In this document: positions 44,266 to 60,900 of the stretch, in pieces
Layout of the letters: each line of letters opens with the position of its first letter
Numbering within the stretch: the stretch's first letter is position 1
NCBI RefSeq assembly: GCF_009914755.1
Contig: NC_060933.1
Length of the DNA: 64,000 nucleotides
Reading direction: 5' to 3' (one strand)
Origin: the human T2T-CHM13v2.0 reference genome, Homo sapiens
Made by a program: the position numbers and the translations under genes
The notes under the pieces: model-generated
Databases searched by the model: none
The model's input: the letters and a program-made list of their open reading frames with translations, nothing else
Told to the model about the DNA's origin: nothing

Positions 44266-46210
44266 AGGGTTTCATGCCTTTCTGAAATGTATTTGTGTTA
44301 AGACCTGTACCTTAAGTGACATGGTAGGCTCATTTTAGACCACTGGATACTTTTGTCTCTGGACCACAATTTTCCCTTTGTGACCTGCTCTCCTAAGAAA
44401 TTCAAGTGTAATTCAAGTTAGTTTACCCTCTGCTGATGAGGGGAGATTGCTCTGGGTGCAAATTCAAGACAGGCACTCACACATTCATTCGTACCCCAAA
44501 TCTCAGCATCACACAATACACCCATGTAATAAACCTGCACAGGTATCCTCTGGAATCTAAAATGAAAATTGAAATTCCCTAAAATTTGAATTTCATCTTA
44601 CTAAAAAACAAAGATAAATTTACATCTTTCCAATTTTGATATACATTATATTGACATACACACTGTATTCTATGGTGAATTATGTTGATTGAATTTCACA
44701 TTTTAAACTAACACTGAGTTACTGTGAACAACTCTATTGGGTCATAATGTATTATGTTTTTAATATATTTGACTACAATTTGCAAATATTCTGTTTAAAT
44801 ATTTAAAAATAGATGTTTAAAATTACATCTATGTTCCATAAATAAATAAATATGTAAAAAATAATAAATGTTTTTATTATTCAAATGAAGATTACAGCGA
44901 TCTTTTTGAATATCTACTTAACCTCAGCTAGCTTTAAATTCAGAAGTAGCAACTCCATAGAAATTCAACTTATTTCTACCTTATTACTCATACTTGTCTC
45001 CTTGAAGAAGCTTCATTGCTATCATCCAGTTTAGACTGGGATGTCACAGATCTCTAGACTGAGTAGTATAATACTCACTATTCAAATAAAATCAAATTGT
45101 TATAATGTTATGACACCTCCAAATACAAAAATGAAGCCCATGGATGTTAGGTTAAGGTATAGAGACAAGTATTTCTAATTACTATCTTTTAGGGCAGACA
45201 TATCCCAGCTAAGGTGATTGCAAAATGAAATGGAAACCATATTGTGGAAGGGGACTTGAGACTCAGATTGGATTTTCATTCCAACTCTTACATACACAAG
45301 CTGCATGACTCTGGGTAAATTGCATATTCTCTTAGAGTTTCACTTTCTTCATCTGTACAATGGAGGTTAATGCCTTTGGGCTACGGCTGATGTGGGGATA
45401 AAAGAACCAACAGGGATGCATGGGCAGGGCCTGGTCCATAAAGCAGCTGGCATCAACAAATGGAAGCCCCCTTCCCATCTTGTCTTTGCGTGCACTACAA
45501 AATCTGGAATATGTGGGTATAAAAAATACTCTTATAAGAGACAGAATTGGAAACTTTTGCAAAAAGAGATTGGAAAGGTGTCACATCTTGTGGCATGAGG
45601 AGTTGTGGGTATACACTTGAACTTTGTGCTGTGAGATATCCACAGAACTTCAGTAGCTGAAGAGAACAGTTTAGGTGTCATCTTATTCATCTACCATAGA
45701 ACTTCCTCTTCTTTTCCGAGATTTCTAGACAGTAACTTTTACAGCTCTAATAATGCAGTTCTCTCCCAATTGTTTGGACTATTCTAATAGACACAAAGCA
45801 GTATTTCACCAGCAGATGCTACTGCAGTTCATATGATGATTTCAAACTGAGAATCCATTTACAGTTATGCAATACATATTTTTTGGAAATAGGGTGAAAG
45901 TACTTTAAGATTAAAATCCTATGAAATAGGTTTACAGTAAATAATTACTTGTTGCAATATCTATCTTACTATCTTATATTCACACATGTATCGGTGTCCT
46001 AATAAATATACATGGTGAGTGAAAGTTACTTGAGGGCAGAGACTGTGCCATATATTCCCTGCACCGCTGATGCCTATCTCAGCACGTGATATACAGTAGA
46101 TGCTCAGTAAATACTTTAACTTAAAAAACGCACTAAGAATAAATCTTAGAAGACCACAAAATACATATAAGTACAATCTAGGGACACGGTCAGGAGCTCA
46201 AAATTCAATC

Positions 46211-46523
46211 TTATTTATTTATGTATGTATTTATTTAGAGACAGCGTCTCACGCTGTCGCCCAGGCTGGAGTGCAGTGGCATTTCTTGGCTTACTGCAAC
46301 CTTCCTCTCCCGGGTTCAAGCGATTCTCCTGCTTCAGCCTGCAGAGTATCTGGGTTTACAGGTGCACACTAACACGCCCAGCTAATTTTTTTTTATTATT
46401 TTTAATAGACACAGGGTTTCACCAAGTTGGCCAGGCTGGTCTCAAACTCCTGAGCTCAGGCAATCTGCCCACTTTGGTCTCCTAGAATGCTAGGATTATA
46501 GGCATCAGCCACTGCGCACAACC
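46211..46523 (-). mobile_element. AluS
   Basis: Full reverse-complement dimer. Confidence 0.92.
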
Positions 46524-46619
46524 ACAAAATGTTTTAATGTAGCTTCAAAACCCCTTTGCAAATAGGCGTATTCATAACAAGCTGCAAAGAAGAAAACATT
46601 GAGCTTCATATAATAGAAG

Positions 46620-46862
46620 GGTTCTGCCTGGATTTGCATGTGGCCCCGTCATTTGTTTGCTGTTGGGCCATGGTCAGGTTACGTAGCTGCTCTCTGCCTC
46701 CACATAGGCTTTATCCCTGTGCATCCCTCATCTACAAAATGGGAATAATAAGAATATCTAACAGTTAGAAGTGGAGAAAATATATAAAGGTCTTTGAAAA
46801 GATCTTGTCAAAGCTCAATAATTGTCCTCAATAATTGCTCTCAATAATTGTCAGCTATTATT
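46620..46862 (+). mobile_element. MIR fragment with a 13-bp x3 tandem (CTCAATAATTGYY) at its end
   Basis: CCTCATCTACAAAATGGGAATAATAA core; triplicated CTCAATAATTG at ~46814-46852. Confidence 0.65.
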
Positions 46863-47148
46863 CAATAATAATCATAATCACTAAAATGTTAGACTCAAAG
46901 AAAGATTCCTACTTCATATCCAGCTTGCCAAAAGAATATCAGACATTGGACCTGTGAAAGGAATGACATTGAGATTTATTTTCACATCGCTAAGTTGGTT
47001 TTTTCTTTGCCATTCAATTTCTGCAGTCCCCACTCTAAGTCCATGGTCCACCTTTTTATTTTTCCTTCTAAGATGTCTTCCCTTCTTGTAAGATTTTCTT
47101 TGCCTTAAGGAAGGCCCTTTTCATCCATCCACTCTTTTACGCTTCCCA

Positions 47149-49104
<1,956 letters not shown>

Positions 49105-50099
49105 AAAAGGGCCTATTTCTCTTTCCTTCCTCCCAGCATTCCCTCCTATCCCAGATATATGTTGCTCCTGGGGCTCTCCTGCCACACGTTCAGTCAGCAC
49201 TGAGCCAGCAGGAAGGATCTCACAGGTCATATCCTGAGATCAACCCTCCACCCCTTCAGGTAACGATCCTCCTGCTCTTAGTCATTTTTATCCTTTGGTT
49301 CATAGATATTTTGAGTGAAGTGCCTTCTAACCGCTGAGCAACATAATATCCCTTGGTTTTTAAAGAAAATACAAAGTGGATTTTAGCAACAATCTTGAGT
49401 CATCACAGAAGCTAATGAAGTTGGGGATTCCATGAAGCCATCCAAGCACATAAAGCCCGTTTCCTGGGTCCCTTTTCCTTAGCTCAAGGCCACAAAAATC
49501 AGAACATGAATTCCAGCCCATATTTGCATTATGTCTAAATAATTATGAATTATAAATGAAGCTAAAAAATACCTAAATACGTTCTATTCTTCTACTTCAA
49601 TAACTATACCGCCATAATAACCCACAAGGTCAAAGTCTAGTGTAGAATTCTCTGAGTTCTTGGTGCTCTGCACGGGAATGTGGTAGTAAACGGAGAGCTG
49701 ATCCTCAGCCCCAGGCTAAATTTTTTTCTTTCATCATAGCTAGCCCTGTCCTTACTTGAGAAGCCTTGCGTACCCCTGTGTGGGGGACTCCCTAGGCCCC
49801 ATGCAAACTCCATCCACAATTCTCACCCCTTCAGACAGCAGAGCCTTGGGCACCATTTGGACAAGCACAGTTTTCACTTTGAAATGGACCCAGGGAAGAG
49901 GCCATGCAGGCTCAGGTACATTTGGCCAGGGGCCTGATTGCCCAGCGTGTGCCCTAGAAGAGAGGGTGAGAGCTCTGGGTGGGCCAGGGTACAGTCAGTG
50001 GAGGGCCAGAGAGGCACCTTCTCAAGTACAGGATTCAGGGCAGGGGTCCTCTTGCCCAGATCAATGGCTATGATTCCTTCGTGCAATGACGACTGCGTC

Positions 50100-50549
50100 A
50101 CGTCTTCTCAGCGCACCTTTCTTTCAGTCTCAGCCACAGTGGGGAGTTCCATGGAAGCACAGGCTTCCCTTGTGCTGCCAGCAAACTCAAGCTACACTTT
50201 CCACTCTGGGACATCTCTCCACTATTGTAGGATTTTGCTTAAGCACAAATACAGCCCCAAAACACTTGCAGATTAACAGCCTCAGGGGAAGACCTCAACC
50301 AGTGTGGGACAGGTGGGCAAATGCTCGAGGCTCACGTTGCAGGTGGACAGTCCTGGGTAACTTTCCAGAGCCTCTCAGAAGGTCCCGCATAAAAAACGTC
50401 CATGGGAGCAGCCTCAATGGCATTCTATTATTTTGGCTTTTTTTTTCTTGCCTGGCTCACTCTTCCCACATCTCACTCTTGCTTCTTGGAATCACTTCCC
50501 AAATAAATCATCCACACCCAAGTCTTTACTCCAGCTCTGCTTTCAGGGG
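50100..50549 (+). mobile_element. LTR16-like ERVL LTR
   Basis: ATCACTTCCCAAATAAATCATCCACACCCAAGTCTTTACTCCAGCTCTGCTTTCAGGGG 3' motif, cut by Tigger1. Confidence 0.65.
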
Positions 50550-50689
50550 TACAGGCACACCTTGGAGATATTGCAGGTTTGGTTCTAGGGCATCACAATA
50601 AGGCGAATATCACAACAGAGCAAATCACATGAAATTTTTTGCGAGTCACAAGAAATTTCTTGCTTTCTGGTGCATATAAAAGTTATGTT

Positions 50690-50960
50690 GCTGGGCATGG
50701 TGGCTCACGCCTGTAATCCCAGCACATTGGGAGGCTGAGGCGGGTGGATCACCAGAGGTCAGAAGTGAGAGACCAGCCTGGCCAACATGGGGAAACCCTG
50801 TGAAAATACAAAAATGATGGTGAGCGCCTGTATTCCTAGCTACTCAAGAGGCTGAGGCAGGAGAATTGTTTCAACCTGGGAAGCAAGAGTTTGCAGTGAG
50901 ACAAGATCACACCACTGCACTCCAACCTGGGCAACAGAGTGAGACTCCATCTCAAAAAAG
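50690..50960 (+). mobile_element. AluS
   Basis: TSD AAAGTT[A/G]TGTT. Confidence 0.9.
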
Positions 50961-51497
50961 AAAGTTGTGTTTAAACTACTGTAGTCAATTAGTGTGCAAT
51001 AGCATTATGTTTAAAATATAATGTATATACCTTACTTTGAAAATACTTGATTGCCAAAAAATGCTAACCATCATCTGGGCCTTCAGCAAGTCATAATCAT
51101 TTTGCTGGTGGATGGTCTTGTCTCAGTGTTGACAGCTACTGACTGATCAGGCTGATGGTTGCTGAGGGCTGGAGAGGGTGTGGCAGTTTCTTAAAATAAC
51201 ATGACAGTGAAGTTTGTCGCGTTGACTGACTCTTGCTTTTACAAAAGATTTCACTGTAGCATGCTACGCAGTTTGGTAGCATTTTACCCACAGTAGAATT
51301 TATATCAAAACTGGAACCAATCCTCTCAAACCCTGCCACTCCTCTATCAACTAAGTTTATGGAATATTCTAAGTCCTTTGTTGTTCTTTCCACAATGTTC
51401 ATGGCGTCTTCACCAGGAGTAGATTCCATCCCAAGAAACCACTTTCTTTGCTCATTCATAATAAGCAACTCCTCATCCATTAAGATTGCAGCAATCT

Positions 51498-51794
<297 letters not shown>

Positions 51795-52134
51795 GGATTG
51801 CAACAATTCACTCACATCTTCACACTCCACTTTTAATACTAGTTCTCTTGCTATCTTCTCCACATCTGTGGTTACTTCCTCTGCTACGGTCTTGAACCCC
51901 TCAAAGTCATTTATGGGGGTTAGAATCAACTTCTTCCAAACTCCCATTAATGCTGCTATTTTTACCTCCTCTGGTGAATCATGAATGTTCTTAGTGGCAT
52001 CTACAATAGTGAATCCATTTATAGAGCACGGGTAGAGTAGATTTAGCATAATTCTTAAGAGGTGCCCTAGGATTTATGGAATGGCAAATGAGCATTGGCT
52101 TGTAATAAGAGAGTCAGTCTGTCCTTTAAATCTC

Positions 52135-52422
52135 TTTTTTTTTTCTTGAGATAAGTTATCACTCTGTTGCCCAGGCTGGATTGCAGTGGCATGATCTTGG
52201 CCCACTTCAGACTTGACCTCCTTGACTCAAGCAATCCTCCCACCTCAGCCTCCTGAGTAGCTGGACTAGTAGCATGCACCACCATACATGGCTTTTTTTA
52301 AATTCATTTATTTTTGGTTAGAGACAGGGTTTCACCATGTTGCCCAGGCTGGTCTCAAACTCCTAAGCTCAAGCTATTCTCCCACTTCAGCTTCCCAGAG
52401 ACATGAGCCACCCTGCCTGGCC
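52135..52422 (-). mobile_element. AluJ
   Basis: Diverged dimer with J-type arms. Confidence 0.87.
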
Positions 52423-52882
52423 TCTAAATTCATGTTATGTAGACTGACTTTCATGGTTAAAATGTCCTGAATTGACTGTGGCCTGTTGGGAGGTGGGATG
52501 GAGGAAACTACTTATGGAAATTGAAGAAGAAAGGGAAGCACACCAGAAGCAAGAAAGTGCCATTCGATTTTTACATCAAGGACTCCATGGTAAAGAGAAA
52601 GAACAGGTAGCCTGTTTTTGTGGCTGACCATTGGACTGCAGACTGCACCTGCATCTACCAGGTTCTTCTGGATAGTCCCAGTTTTAAATTTTTGACCTGG
52701 CATTCATGAACACAGTGCTACTGGTCAGACCTTTGTCCAGGTTTAAGCTTCAGAAAATAAGGTCTTCATGCAGTGGGAGGCCTGGTTAGGGTTATGATTC
52801 TGCCATGGGACATCTGACCCTTCTGACCTGGAGGTAAACTTGGCATCTACAATTTACCCCCACATTTGAACAGCCAAGGATG

Positions 52883-53028
52883 GGCTGAGCACAAAGGCTC
52901 ACATCTGTAACTCCAACACTTTGGGAGGCCAAGGCGGGAGGATCGTTTGAGGCCAGGAGTTGTAGACCAGCCTGGGCAATATAGTGAGACCTTGTCTCTG
53001 TAAAAACAAACAAACAAACAAACAAAAC
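52883..53028 (+). mobile_element. FLAM_C
   Basis: Alu monomer plus (AAAC)n; TSD CCAAGGATG. Confidence 0.85.
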
Positions 53029-53240
53029 CAAGGATGCGTGGGTGGCAGGGAGCAGTTCAACATGGGAAACCATTAATGTGAGAGCTGGAAGGACAATTAG
53101 ACCAGCCCCCTATTGACAGATGAGACTGCCCTGGGATTATAGCCTAAGGTAATTCATTGAACTTTTCTAGAGATTTGAAAATCAACAATCCTAAAACCCC
53201 TAAGCATACTGCTACTGTTTGCTATTTAATAGTGTTTTCT

Positions 53241-53532
<292 letters not shown>

Positions 53533-53778
53533 TACTAATGATAATCATAATGTTTTCTGCAAGCAAGGGGTTATTTTGTACTGGGAACTGGTGTGAAGGG
53601 ATCCACCATGTGTCAGCTTTTGGATTGATGACAGTTATTTCCAGATCATGGAGGTGGGAATGCTTGTTGGTCATCTTCTATGTTCTTTGTTATATTGATT
53701 GATTTTTTTAAAAAAGCTAGCATTTTTATAACAATAAAGTCATAAAAATAAGTAACTAAAATAAAGTGAAATAATCTA

Positions 53779-54090
<312 letters not shown>

Positions 54091-54972
54091 TCTAAATGTA
54101 ATTGAGTTGAATATTTAAACTTTTAATTGACATTTCAAATTAGATTCTAATTCCATTTAAAAGAGCATCTCATAGGAGCAAATGTACTCATTTATGTTAA
54201 CTCTGTGGTTTCATTTAAGCAATTTGTTTTGTGAAGGGACACAAAGCCAACCAGATTTTAACAGTGTATAAGTATGTATTTATTAATTTAATTACAATGA
54301 CAATAATCTCAACTCTCCATTTGAATAAAGGAGAGCATCTGTTCTGTGTTCTGGGACAGTGTGCAGTGTAGGTGTGTGGAAATACCGATGCCCTCAGCTG
54401 TGTGGCAGGCTCACTGGGACCTGGAGTGCAGGAGACCCTGGGCCATTCACCTCTGGCCACAAAAGTCATTGTCCATTTATGCCCAACTGCTATAGAAATA
54501 TTATTTTCAGTGGTTGTTATGATGCAAAAGAAAAGAAGCAGGGAGATTTATTAAACCTTTACATGTAAGATATGTTAGTAAATAAAGTCTACTTTCTTCT
54601 GGCTTAAATAAAAATCTTTACTAGTATTCATACATTTTGGAAAATAAAGATGCCAATTTAAATATTATGAAGCAAAGCAAATGATTATTCGTTAAGACAG
54701 CCAAGTACAACTGCAAAATTGTAGACGTTATGTTTTACATGTATAAGAATATTTGATAGCAATAATCATTTAAGACTCTGTGAAGACACTCCACAGTGAA
54801 GCAGAAATTAGAACCAATTTATCAAAATTAGCTTTGTAAAAATAAAATGTTATTTCTTTTCTTCCAATTGCAAAAGAGCAGACAGTCTCCTGAATTACAA
54901 AGCTAGTTTTGATAAATTGGTGAACTGAGAGCATACACAGTATTATTAATTCTGTTCTAATTTCTACTTACA

Positions 54973-57900
54973 TGAATCAAAACGAGTGCAATGGAATGGA
55001 ATGGAATGGAATGGAATGGAACGGAATGGAATCAACCCGAATGGAATGGAATGGAATGGAAAGGAATGGAATGGAATCAACCCGATTGGAATGGAATGGA
55101 AAGAATGGAATGGAATGGAATGGAATGGAATCAACTCGAGTGCAATGGAATGGAATGGAATGGAATGGAATGGAATGGAATGGAATGGAATGGAATCAAC
55201 TCGAGTGCAATGGAATGGAATGGAATGGAATGGAATGGAATGGAATGGAATGGAATGGAATCAACACGAATGGAATGGAATGGAGTGGAATCAACCCGAG
55301 TGGAATGGCATGGAATGGAATGGAATGGAAGGGAATGGTACGGAATAGAACGGAATGGAACGAAATGGATTGGAATGGATTCACCCCAATTGGAATGGAA
55401 TGGAATGGAATGGAATTGTGTGGAATGGAATGGAATGGAAAGGAGTGTAAAGGAATTGAATAAAATCAACCCGAATGGAATGCAATGGAATGGAACGGAA
55501 TGGAATGGAATGGAATGGAATGCAATGGAATGGAATGGAATGGAATGGAATCAACTCGGGTAGAATGGTATGGAATGGAATGAATTGGAATGGAATGCAA
55601 TGGAATGGAATGGAATGGAATGGAATGGAATCATTCCGAGTGGAATGGAAAGGAATGTAATCGAGCTGAATGGAAAGGAATGGAATCAACTCGAGTGCAA
55701 TGGAATGGAATGGAATGGAATGGAATGGAATGGAATGGAATGGAATGCAATCGAATGGAATGGCATGAAATGGAATCAACCAGAATGGAATGGAATGGAA
55801 TGGAATGGAATGGAATGGAATGGAATGTCCCCGAATGGAATGGAATGGAATGGAATCGTATGGCGTGGAATGGAATGAAACAGAAAAGAAAGGAATGGAA
55901 TCAAATCGCGTGGAATGGAATGGAATGGAATTGAATCAAACAGAGTGGAATGGAAAGGAACGGAATGGAAGGGAATGGAATCATCCCGAATGGAATGGAT
56001 TGGAATGGAATGGAATGGACTGGAATGGAATGGAATGGAATGGAATGGAATCAACCAGAGTGCAATGGAATGGAATGGAATGCAATGGAATGGAGTGGAA
56101 CGCAATGCAATCAACCCGACTGGAATGGAATGGAATGGAATCAAACCGAGTGGAATGGCATGGAATGGAATGGAATGGAATGGTACGGAGTAGAATGGAA
56201 TGGAACGAAATGGAATGGAATGGAATGGAATGGAATCAACTCGAGAGAAATGGAATGGAATGGAATGGAGTGGAATGGAAAGGAATGGAATCAACCCGAG
56301 TGGAATGGAAGGGAATTGAATGGAATGGAAAGGAATGGAAGGGATTCAACCCGAGTGGATTGGAATGGAATGGAATGGAATAGAATGGAATGGAATGGAA
56401 TGGAATGGAATCATCCCGAACGGAATGGAGTGGAATGGAATGGAATGGAATGGAACGGAATGGAATGGAATGCAGTCAACCCGAATGGAATGGAATGGAA
56501 TGGAATGGTATCAACCCGAATGGAATGGCATGGAATGGAATGGAATGGAATGGAATGGAATGGAATGGTATGGAATAGCATGGAATGGAACGAAATGGAA
56601 TGGAATGGATTCAACCCAACTGGAATGGAATGGAATTGTGTGGAATGGAATGGAATGAAATGGAGTGTAAACGAATTGAATAGAATCAACCGGAATGGAA
56701 TGGAATGGAATGGAACGGAATGCAATGGAATGGAATGAAATCATTCCGAGTGGAATGGTAGGGAATGTATATGAGTGGAATGGAAAGGAATGGAATCAAC
56801 CCGAGTGGAATAGAAGGGAATGGAATGGAATGGAAAGGAATGCAATGGAATCAACCCGAGTGGAATGGAATGCAATGGAATGGAATGGAATGGAATGGAA
56901 TGGAATGGAATGGAATCAACCCAAGTGGAATGGCATGGAATGGAATGCAATGGAATGGAATGGAATGGTACGGAATAGAAAGGAATGGAACGAAATGGAA
57001 GAGAATGGATTCAACCCACTTTGAAAGGAATGGAATGGAATGGAATTGTGTGGAATGGAATGGAATGGAATGGAGTATAAAGGAATTGAATAGAATCAAC
57101 CCGAATGGAATGACATGGAATGGAATGGAACGGAATGGAATATAATGGAATGGAATGGAATGGAATGGAATGGAATAAAATCGAGTGGAATTGAATGGAA
57201 TGGAATGGATTGCAATGGAATGCAATGGAATGGAATGTATTCATTCCGAGTGGAATGGAAGGGAATGTAACCGAGTTGAATGGAAAGGAATCTAATCAAC
57301 CCGAGTGGAGTGGAAGGGAATGGAATGGAATGAAAAGGAATGGAACAGAATCAACCCGAGTGGAATGGAGTGGAATGGAATGGAATGGAATAGAATGGAA
57401 TGGAATCAACCCGAGTGGAATGACACGGAATGGAAAGGAATGGAATGGAATGGAATGGTACGGAATTGAATGGAATGGAACGAAATGGAACGGAATGGAT
57501 TCAACCCAATTGGAATGGAATGGAATGGAATGGAATTGTGTGGAATGGAATGGAGTGTAAAGGAATTGAATAGAATCAACCAGAATGGAATGGAATGGAA
57601 CGGAATGCAATGGAATGGAATGGAATGGAATGGAATGGTATGGAATAGAATGGAATGGAATGAAATGGAATGGAATGGATTCAACCCAATTGGAATGGAA
57701 TGGAATGGAATTCTGTGGAATGGAATGGAATGGAATGGAATGGAGTGTAAAGAATTGAATAGAATCAACCCGAATGGAATGGAATGGAATGGAATGGAAG
57801 GGAATCAACCCGAATAGAATGGAATGCAATGGAATCAAACCGAATGGAATGGCATGGAATGGAAAGGAATGGAATGGAATGGAATGGTACGGAATAGAAT

Positions 57901-60900
57901 GGAATGGAATGAAATGAAACGGAATGGATTCAACCCAATTGTAATGGAATGGAAAGGAATGGAATTGTGTGGAATGGAATGGAATGGAATGGAGTGTAAA
58001 GGAATTGAAGAGAATCAACCCGAATGGAATGGAATGGAACGGAATGCAATGGAATGGAATGGAATGGAATGGAATGGAATGGAATGGTACGGAATAGAAT
58101 GGAATGGAACGAAATGGAATGGAATGGATTCAACCCAATTGGAATGGAATGGAATGGAATTGTGTGGAATGGAATGGAATGGAATGGAGTGTAAAGAATT
58201 GAATAGAATCAACCCGAATGGAATGGAATGGAATGGAATGGAATGGAATGGAATGGAATGGAATGGAATCAACCCGAGTGGAATGGAAAGGTATGGAATG
58301 GATTGGAATGGAATGCAATGGAATCATTCCGAGTGGAATGGAAGGGAATGTAATCCAGTGGAATGGAAAGGAATGGAATCAACCCGAGTGGAATGGAAGG
58401 GAATGGAATGGAATGGAAAGGAATGGAAAGGAATGGAATGGAATCAACCCGAGTGGAATGGAATGGAATGGAATGGAATGGAATGGAATGGAATGGAATG
58501 GAATCAACCCGATTGGAATGGCATGGAATGGAATAGAATGTAATGGAATGGAAAGGTACGGAACAGAAATGAATGGAACGAAATGGAATAGAATGCATTC
58601 AACCCACTTGGTATGGAATGGAATGGAATGGAATAGTGTGGAATGGAATGTAATGGAATGGAGTGTAAAGGAATTGAATAGAATCAACCCGAATAGAATG
58701 GGATGGAATGGAACGGAGCGGATGGGAATGGAATGGAATGGAATGGAATGGAATGGAAAGGAATGGAATAGAATGAACCCGAGTAGAAAGGAATGCAATG
58801 GAATCAACCCGATTGGAATGGCATGGAATGGTAAGGAAATGAATGGAATGGAATGGTACAGAATAGAATGGAATGGAACGAAATGGAATGAAATGTATTG
58901 AACACAATTGGAGTGGAATGGAATGGAATGGAATTGTGTGGAATGGAAAGGAATGGAATAGAGTGTAAAGGAATTGAATAGAATCAACCCGAATGGAATG
59001 GAATGTAATGGAATGGAAAGGAATGGAATGGAATGGAATGGAATGGAATCAACTCGAGTGGAATGGAATGGATTGGAATGGAATGCAATGGAATGGAGTG
59101 TAATGGAATGGAATCATTCCGAGTGGAATGGAAGGGAATGTAATCGAGTGTAATGGAAAGGAATGGAATCAACGCAAGTGCAATGGAATGGAATGCAATG
59201 CAATGGAATGGAATGGAATGGAATCTACCAGAATGGAATGGAATGGAATGGAATGGAATGGAATGGAATGGAATGTACCCGAATAGAATGGAATGGAATG
59301 GAATCGTATGGCGTGGAATGGAATGAAACGGAATAGAATGGAATGGAATCAAATCGCGTCGAATGGAATGGAATGGAACTGAATCAAACAGAGTGGAATG
59401 GAATGGAATGGAATGGAATGGAATGGAATAATCCCGAATGGAATGGGGCGGAGTGGAATGGAATGGAATGGAATGGAATGGAATGGAATGGAATCAACCC
59501 GAGTGCAATGGAATGGAATCGAATGGATTGGAATGGAATGGAATGGATTCAACCCGAATGGAATGGAAAGGAATGGAATCAACCTGAGTGGAATGGCATG
59601 GAATGGAATAGAATGGAAAGGAATGGAATGGAATGCTACGGAATAGAATGGAATGGAACGAAATGGAATGGAATGGAATGGAATGGAATGGAATGGAATG
59701 GAGTGGAATCATTCCAAGTGGAATAGAAGGGAATGTATTCGAGTGGAATGGAAAGGAATGGAATCAACCCAAGTGGAATAGGAGGGAACGGAATGGAATG
59801 GAAAAGAATAGAATGGAATCAACCAGAGTGGAATGGAATGGAATGGAATGGAATGGAATGGAATGGAATGGAATGGAATTGAATGGAATGGAATCAACTC
59901 GAGTGCAATGGAATGGAATGGAATGGAATGGAATGGAATGGAATGGAATGGAATGGAATCAACTCGAGTGCAATGGAATGGAATGGAATGGAATGGAATG
60001 GAATGGAATCAACTCGAGTGCAATGGAATGGAATGGAATGGAATGGAATGGAATGGAATGGAATGAACTCGAGTGCAATGGAATGGAATGGAATGGAATG
60101 GAATCAACCCGAATAGAATGGAATGAAATGGAATCAACCCGAGTGGAATGGCATGGAATGGAAAGGAATGAAATGTAATTGAATGGTACGGAATAGAATG
60201 GAATGGAACGAAATGGAATGAAATTGATTCCACCCAACTGGAATGGAATGGAATGGAATGGAATGGAATGGAATGGAATGGAATGGAATGGAATGGAATG
60301 GAATGGAATCAACTCGAGTGGAATGGAATGGAATGGAATCAACCCGAATAGAATGGAAGGGAATGGAATGGAATGGAAAGGAATGGAATGGAATGGAATG
60401 GAATCAACCCTAATAGAATGGAATGGAATCAAATCAACCCGAGTGGAATGGCATGGAATGGAAAGGAATGGAATGGAATGGAATGGTACGGAATAGAATG
60501 GAATGGAACGAAATGGAACGGAATGGATTCAACCCAATTGGAATTTAATGGAATGGAATGGATTTGTGTGGAATGGAATGGAATGGAATGGACTGTAAAG
60601 GAATTGAATAGAATCAACCCGAATGGAATGGAATGGAACGGAATGCAATGGAATGGAATGGAATGGAATGGTACGGAATAGAATGGAATGGAATGGAATC
60701 AACTCGAGTGGAATGGAATGGTATGGAATGGATTGGAATGGAATGCAATGGAATGGAATGGAATCATTCCGAGCGGAATGGAAGGGAATGTAATCGAGTG
60801 GAATGGAAAGGAATGGAATCAACCAGAGTGGAATGGAAGGGAATGGAATGGAATGGAAAGGAATGGAATGGAATGGAATCAACCAGAGTGGAATGGAATG

